From a virus (Duplodnaviria; Caudoviricetes), in IMG/VR virus record IMGVR_UViG_3300048796_000086, positions 1 to 50,535 of that record: a DNA stretch of 50,535 nucleotides, one strand, 5' to 3'. The notes under the pieces were generated by a model, which was not told where the DNA came from, made no database searches, and saw only the letters and a program-made list of their open reading frames with translations. The translations under genes were made by a program, and so were the position numbers. This document shows positions 46,396 through 50,535 of the stretch, piece by piece. Each line of letters begins with the position of its first letter. Positions within the stretch are counted from its first letter, which is position 1.

Positions 46396-47328
46396 ATGGT
46401 CAAGCGCAAGGTAGCTGATGGCAAGATGGCTCCCCACTTCGAGAACGCCGAAGCTGCCCGGCTTTTCCTGGAGAGCATCCGTTGGCCGGACGGCCCGGTT
46501 TGCCCCAAGTGCGGGTCTGCCAAGAAGCCCTATACGACCCACAAGGGCAAGTATCGCTGCTCTGACAAGGACTGCCGATCTGACTTCACAGTACGAGTCG
46601 GCACCGTCTTTGAATCCTCCCACGTTGCGCTTCACAAGTGGCTCCTGGCCGCCTACCTGCTCTGCTCCTCGAAGAAGGGCATTTCGTCGCACCAGATTCA
46701 TCGCACCCTTGGCGTGACGTACAAGACGGCCTGGTTCATGACGCACCGCATCCGCGAGGCCATGAAGTCCGGTTCGCTCGTCACCCCGATGGGCGGCACC
46801 GACAAGATCGTGGAAGTTGACGAAACCTTCATCGGCCACGACAAGTCCAAGAAACGTCGTAGCGGCTACGCGCACAAGTACAAGGTGCTTTCGCTAATCG
46901 ACCGCCATAGCAAACGCGCCAAGAGCGTCGTGGTTGACGACCTACGGATGCGGACTTTGCGACCCATCCTTGAGGAAAACATTCATCCAAACTCTCACGT
47001 CGTCACGGACGAAGCCGGGCAATACTCTCGCTTAAGTTGGCACTTTGCCAAGCACGATGTAGTGCAGCACAAGAACGAGGAATACGTTCGCTACGAGAAG
47101 GGTCGCACCATAACGACCAACACCGTAGAAGGCTTCTTCTCGATTTTCAAGCGCGGCATGAAGGGCGTTTACCAGCACTGCTCTGGCGGCCACTTGCACC
47201 GCTACCTTGCCGAGTTTGACTTCCGCTACAATGAGCGCCAAGTCACCGATGCGGAGCGCACGGTGGAGGCGCTCAGGGGTTCGGTCGGAAAAAGGCTGAA
47301 GTACCGGGACTCATCCGGCGCGGGGTAG
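46396..47328 (+). CDS. IS1595-family DDE transposase
   Basis: RWPDGPVCPKC zinc ribbon, KKGISS HTH, VEVDETFIG, VTDE, TNTVEGFFSIFKR and YLAEFDFRYN motifs. Confidence 0.95.
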   Translation: MVKRKVADGKMAPHFENAEAARLFLESIRWPDGPVCPKCGSAKKPYTTHKGKYRCSDKDCRSDFTVRVGTVFESSHVALHKWLLAAYLLCSSKKGISSHQIHRTLGVTYKTAWFMTHRIREAMKSGSLVTPMGGTDKIVEVDETFIGHDKSKKRRSGYAHKYKVLSLIDRHSKRAKSVVVDDLRMRTLRPILEENIHPNSHVVTDEAGQYSRLSWHFAKHDVVQHKNEEYVRYEKGRTITTNTVEGFFSIFKRGMKGVYQHCSGGHLHRYLAEFDFRYNERQVTDAERTVEALRGSVGKRLKYRDSSGAG

Positions 47329-47351
47329 CCCGCAGGAAGGGAGGTAACGTC

Positions 47352-48101
47352 GTGCCGATTGACAGGGACCGCATCCGTTCGGATGTGACGCTTGAACTAG
47401 ACGATCAAGCGATCTCTATGAACGAGTTTGGCAAAGCCGTTGACCACTTTCTGGGACTCGTAAAAGATGTGTCGCGTGTTACGGCTCCCGCTAAAGACCC
47501 GAGCGCGTGGAATGTTGACATTTACGAGGGAAGCGCGGGCCTCGGTTTGCGCCCCGTTGTGGGTGCCTATTCGTTTGACGAGGTGCATCGCATAAGCGCG
47601 ACCGTTATAGATGGTCTAAAGCAGATTGCAAACGGAATACGGCCCCCGTCCTTTACTGATCGTGCGGTTGAGCATAGCAAGGCACTTGCGAATCTGGTTA
47701 ATCAGAGTCAAGAGCCGATGGCCGTGCGCGTTTGGGCCGGTCGCGACAACGTCGTTCCGCTCTCCAAGGAAGTTGCTAAAAAGGCGCAATGGCTGTTAAC
47801 TCCAGCGTATGAGGACGAAGGCTCCGTAGAGGGGGTTTTAAAGAATGCTTTCGGTCACGATAAACATGAGCTTGTCATCTTCGATACGTTAAGCGACCAG
47901 GGAATAAGGTGCTTTGTCGACGAGGACCTCTTGCGTGATGCGGGCCGTTTTTGGTTTAAGCGAGTAGAGGTGCTTGGCAAGGTGCGTTACCGGCCGAATG
48001 GCCAGCCGGTTAGCGTCCGCGCCACGAACATAATTCCGTTCCCCGAGCCAAGCGAAATACCGACCCTCGAAGAAATGCGCGACCTGCTAAAGGGCGCGTA
48101 G
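47352..48101 (+). CDS. Hypothetical protein partnered with PIN (possible C-terminal OB-fold)
   Basis: GGAGG RBS; GSVEGVL...IRCFV...RVEVLGKVRY beta pattern; abuts the PIN gene. Confidence 0.75.
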   Translation: MPIDRDRIRSDVTLELDDQAISMNEFGKAVDHFLGLVKDVSRVTAPAKDPSAWNVDIYEGSAGLGLRPVVGAYSFDEVHRISATVIDGLKQIANGIRPPSFTDRAVEHSKALANLVNQSQEPMAVRVWAGRDNVVPLSKEVAKKAQWLLTPAYEDEGSVEGVLKNAFGHDKHELVIFDTLSDQGIRCFVDEDLLRDAGRFWFKRVEVLGKVRYRPNGQPVSVRATNIIPFPEPSEIPTLEEMRDLLKGA

Positions 48102-48575
48102 TTGCCAGACAACCTGAAGCGTATCGTCTATTGGGACTCGGATGCTTTTCTCGGTTTAATCAACGGGGAGGACGACAAAATAGCGGAATGCGACGAGGTG
48201 TGGCGCGAGGCTCAGGAGGGACGATTTCAGATCGTAACTTCGACGCTGACTATTGCCGAGGTGATCTTTATGAAGGGCGTCCCAAAACTCGACCCCGCCA
48301 AACGCCCGATAGTAACGGCCTTCTTCCGGTCACCCTGGATTGTAATGCGGCCCGTAACTAAGAGCATTGCAGAGTTGGCTCGCGACGTTGTATGGGATAA
48401 CGCGATTAAGCCGAAGGATGCTGTTCACGTCGCATCCGCTGCGGTTGACAAGATTGCGGAAATGCACAGTTTTGACGGCGGCTTGGTCGGAAAGGCGGTG
48501 GACGTTGCGGGGTTTGTCGTCACCATTACGAGGCCGCACGGAACGGGGCAGCAACAGCTCCCGCTGGCACCATGA
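48102..48575 (+). CDS. PIN-domain (VapC-like) ribonuclease
   Basis: VYWDSDAF, TSTLTIAEV, KDAVHVASA and HSFD acidic tetrad. Confidence 0.88.
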   Translation: MPDNLKRIVYWDSDAFLGLINGEDDKIAECDEVWREAQEGRFQIVTSTLTIAEVIFMKGVPKLDPAKRPIVTAFFRSPWIVMRPVTKSIAELARDVVWDNAIKPKDAVHVASAAVDKIAEMHSFDGGLVGKAVDVAGFVVTITRPHGTGQQQLPLAP

Positions 48576-50044
48576 AAAACCACCTTTACTATGGCGACAA
48601 TCTTGATATTCTGCGGAACCACAGTTACTTTCCCAGCGAGTTTGTCGATCTAATTTACCTGGACCCTCCGTTCAAGTCTAACGTCGATTATAACGTGCTG
48701 TTTGCCGAACAGGACGGTTCTCGATCTCACGCTCAGATACGGGCCTTTACTGACACTTGGAAGTGGGGCATTGAAGCCGCACAAACCTGCGAGGAAGTTA
48801 TTGAGGGTGGCGGCGAGGTCGCTAAGGCAATGGCGTCCTTCCGCACATTCTTGGGCGGTAGCGACATGATGGCATACCTGGCCATGATGGCTCCAAGGCT
48901 AATCGAGCTTCGTCGGGTATTAAAGAAAACCGGCAGCATCTATCTGCATTGTGACCCCACGGCTTCGCATTATCTTAAGATGCTAATGGACTCAATTTTT
49001 GGACCGCAAAACTTTGTCAACGAGATAATATGGCACTACCGCAAGTGGCCAGCCGGCAAATATACCTTCCAGCGTAACCACGACGTGATTCTCTTTTACT
49101 CTGCGTCAGGAAGCAAGGATCGCGTCTTTAATCAGCTCTACATGGAGCGAGCGGCATCAACGTTAAAGCGGTTCGGAACGGCCAAGATCGTATCGGGGCA
49201 CGACGAGGAGGGTCGCCGCGTTCCGTCTGAAATGGCCGATGAAGAATCCGCGGGCGTTCGCCAGGATGACGTTTGGAATATAGGCCGCGTTCCTCCGATC
49301 AAACAGCTTTACCCGACGCAAAAGCCCGACGATCTATTGCGGCGCATTCTCAGGGCCAGCAGCAACAAGGGCGACGTAGTTTTAGACCCCTTCTGCGGTT
49401 GCGGCACAACCATTGAGGTGGCACAGGAGCTAAAGCGTCGATGGATCGGAATCGACATAACCCACTTGGCCTTGAACCTTATCAAGTGGCGCTTGTCCAA
49501 TCGTTTCGGAATCGAAGCGATGACAAAAAACTATGAGGTCACAGGGGAGCCCGTTGACCTTTCTGGCGCACATGAGCTTGCGATGCAGGACCGCTTTGAG
49601 TTTCAGAATTGGGCTCTCGGGCTACTCGGTGCGCGGCGCACCGAAGTAAAGAAGGGCGCAGATCAGGGCATCGACGGTCGCCAATACTTTCACGAATCGC
49701 GGGGTGGCGTCCCTGAGCAGATTATTTACTCCGTAAAATCTGGGGCGCTCAAGGCGACTGACATTCGCGACCTTGGGCACGTTATCAACCGCGAGAAAGC
49801 GAAAATGGGGATTCTTATTGCCCTGGAAAAGCCGAGTAAGCCAATGTTGGCCGAGGCCGCGAATGCGGGGTTCTACGACTCTCTGATATGGGGTAAGTTG
49901 CCTCGCTTGCAGTTTGTTACGGTGAAGGACTTATTGAACGGCCATCGGCCTAAAATGCCTCTTGTAGGAGCCCACGAAACGCTTAAGAAGCGAGAGGGCT
50001 TCCACGGCGAGGACGATCAGGCTGAGCAGCTAGAATTCGGGTGA
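48572..50044 (+). CDS. Beta-class DNA methyltransferase fused to an Mrr-like restriction-endonuclease domain
   Basis: LIYLDPPF, YPTQKP, LDPFCGCGTT; C-terminal FEFQNW...GADQGIDG...YSVKSG. Confidence 0.88.
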   Translation: MKNHLYYGDNLDILRNHSYFPSEFVDLIYLDPPFKSNVDYNVLFAEQDGSRSHAQIRAFTDTWKWGIEAAQTCEEVIEGGGEVAKAMASFRTFLGGSDMMAYLAMMAPRLIELRRVLKKTGSIYLHCDPTASHYLKMLMDSIFGPQNFVNEIIWHYRKWPAGKYTFQRNHDVILFYSASGSKDRVFNQLYMERAASTLKRFGTAKIVSGHDEEGRRVPSEMADEESAGVRQDDVWNIGRVPPIKQLYPTQKPDDLLRRILRASSNKGDVVLDPFCGCGTTIEVAQELKRRWIGIDITHLALNLIKWRLSNRFGIEAMTKNYEVTGEPVDLSGAHELAMQDRFEFQNWALGLLGARRTEVKKGADQGIDGRQYFHESRGGVPEQIIYSVKSGALKATDIRDLGHVINREKAKMGILIALEKPSKPMLAEAANAGFYDSLIWGKLPRLQFVTVKDLLNGHRPKMPLVGAHETLKKREGFHGEDDQAEQLEFG

Positions 50045-50051
50045 TAGAATA

Positions 50052-50228
50052 ATGGCCGTGAAGCCAACCAAACCCAAGCCGCAGCCGAAGATCGAGCTAC
50101 CACCCGAGGACGTGCCGTTTGACGACGTTATTCGCACGTTACTCGCAGCGGGTCCACCGTCCCACGAAGGGCCGAAGGCTCACAAGAAGCCCGCGCCGGG
50201 CACCAAGAGAAAGCGAGCCCGCTCGTAG
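50052..50228 (+). CDS. 58-aa basic protein inside the IS
   Basis: MAVKPTKPKPQPKIELPPEDVPFDDVIRTLLAAGPP...; TGaTAGAAT directly upstream. Confidence 0.55.
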   Translation: MAVKPTKPKPQPKIELPPEDVPFDDVIRTLLAAGPPSHEGPKAHKKPAPGTKRKRARS

Positions 50229-50239
50229 CCACCCAGCGA

Positions 50240-50461
50240 GTGGGCTCAGCCAAGGCTCAGGCCGCGGCCGACGCATTTGAGTTTCGATGCTACGACGCGG
50301 TGCAACGCTCCGGTAAGCCGACTACGGCTGCCGAGGTAGCAGTCCTCATAGGCCGCCCCGTCTTTGGCGATCTGGAAGTGCGGAAAGCCCTTCTCCGGCT
50401 GTTCAAACGCAAAGCTATATCACGCACCAAAAAGGGCGGGGTCCTGCACTACTATATCTAG
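50240..50461 (+). CDS. Small winged-helix protein
   Basis: SGKPTTAAEVAVLIG...VRKALLRLFKRKAISR...YYI. Confidence 0.55.
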   Translation: MGSAKAQAAADAFEFRCYDAVQRSGKPTTAAEVAVLIGRPVFGDLEVRKALLRLFKRKAISRTKKGGVLHYYI

Positions 50462-50466
50462 GCCGG

Positions 50467-50495
50467 AATAAAATTGGGCTTGCGAGCGAGCCCAA
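50467..50495 (-). terminator. Hairpin near the right IS end with its U tract on the minus strand
   Basis: TTGGGCTTGC-GA-GCGAGCCCAA preceded by AATAAAA on the + strand. Confidence 0.5.
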
Positions 50496-50535
50496 ACACG
50501 CTTAAGCGCGTTGTGGTCTAAAGTATACAATCGCG

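Larger units (their letters stand above)
46348..50535 (+). mobile_element. IS1595-family element with passenger genes (4188 bp)
   Basis: TIRs CGCGATTGTATACTTGACGCCACAA (46348-46372) and TTGTGGTCTAAAGTATACAATCGCG (50511-50535), 22/25 matching; encloses the transposase and cargo. Confidence 0.92.

Noticed and set aside
1-50535. Circular or complete genome
   Set aside because: The window start does not continue the methyltransferase or repeat the IS flank, and both ends are truncated contexts.

Overview
The window holds most of a GC-rich tailed phage or prophage with podovirus-type (P22/T7-like) morphogenesis. The + strand (about 1.2-36.1 kb) carries small and large terminase, a GT2 glycosyltransferase, a GroES-like co-chaperonin, portal, scaffold, major capsid, a decoration protein, tail tubular proteins, a tailspike and fibre, a run of signal-peptide-bearing Cys-rich proteins (one a phosphoesterase), a lysis cassette, a GNAT protein and ejection proteins (one with an SLT domain). 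A GT4 glycosyltransferase sits in reverse orientation between scaffold and capsid. The - strand (36.1-46.3 kb) is a tightly coupled early/replication operon with many micro-ORFs, a PD-(D/E)XK nuclease, a KGG stress protein, HNH, a DnaB-like helicase, a putative initiator and a DNA methyltransferase. The methyltransferase is cut by a 4188-bp IS1595-family element (25-bp terminal inverted repeats at 46348 and 50535) carrying a PIN nuclease pair and its own methyltransferase-endonuclease fusion. The window opens in the C-terminus of a HEPN-like gene followed by about 900 nt of heavily base-paired non-coding sequence. No integrase, tRNA or CRISPR array was seen. All family calls come from reading motifs by eye, not from database searches.
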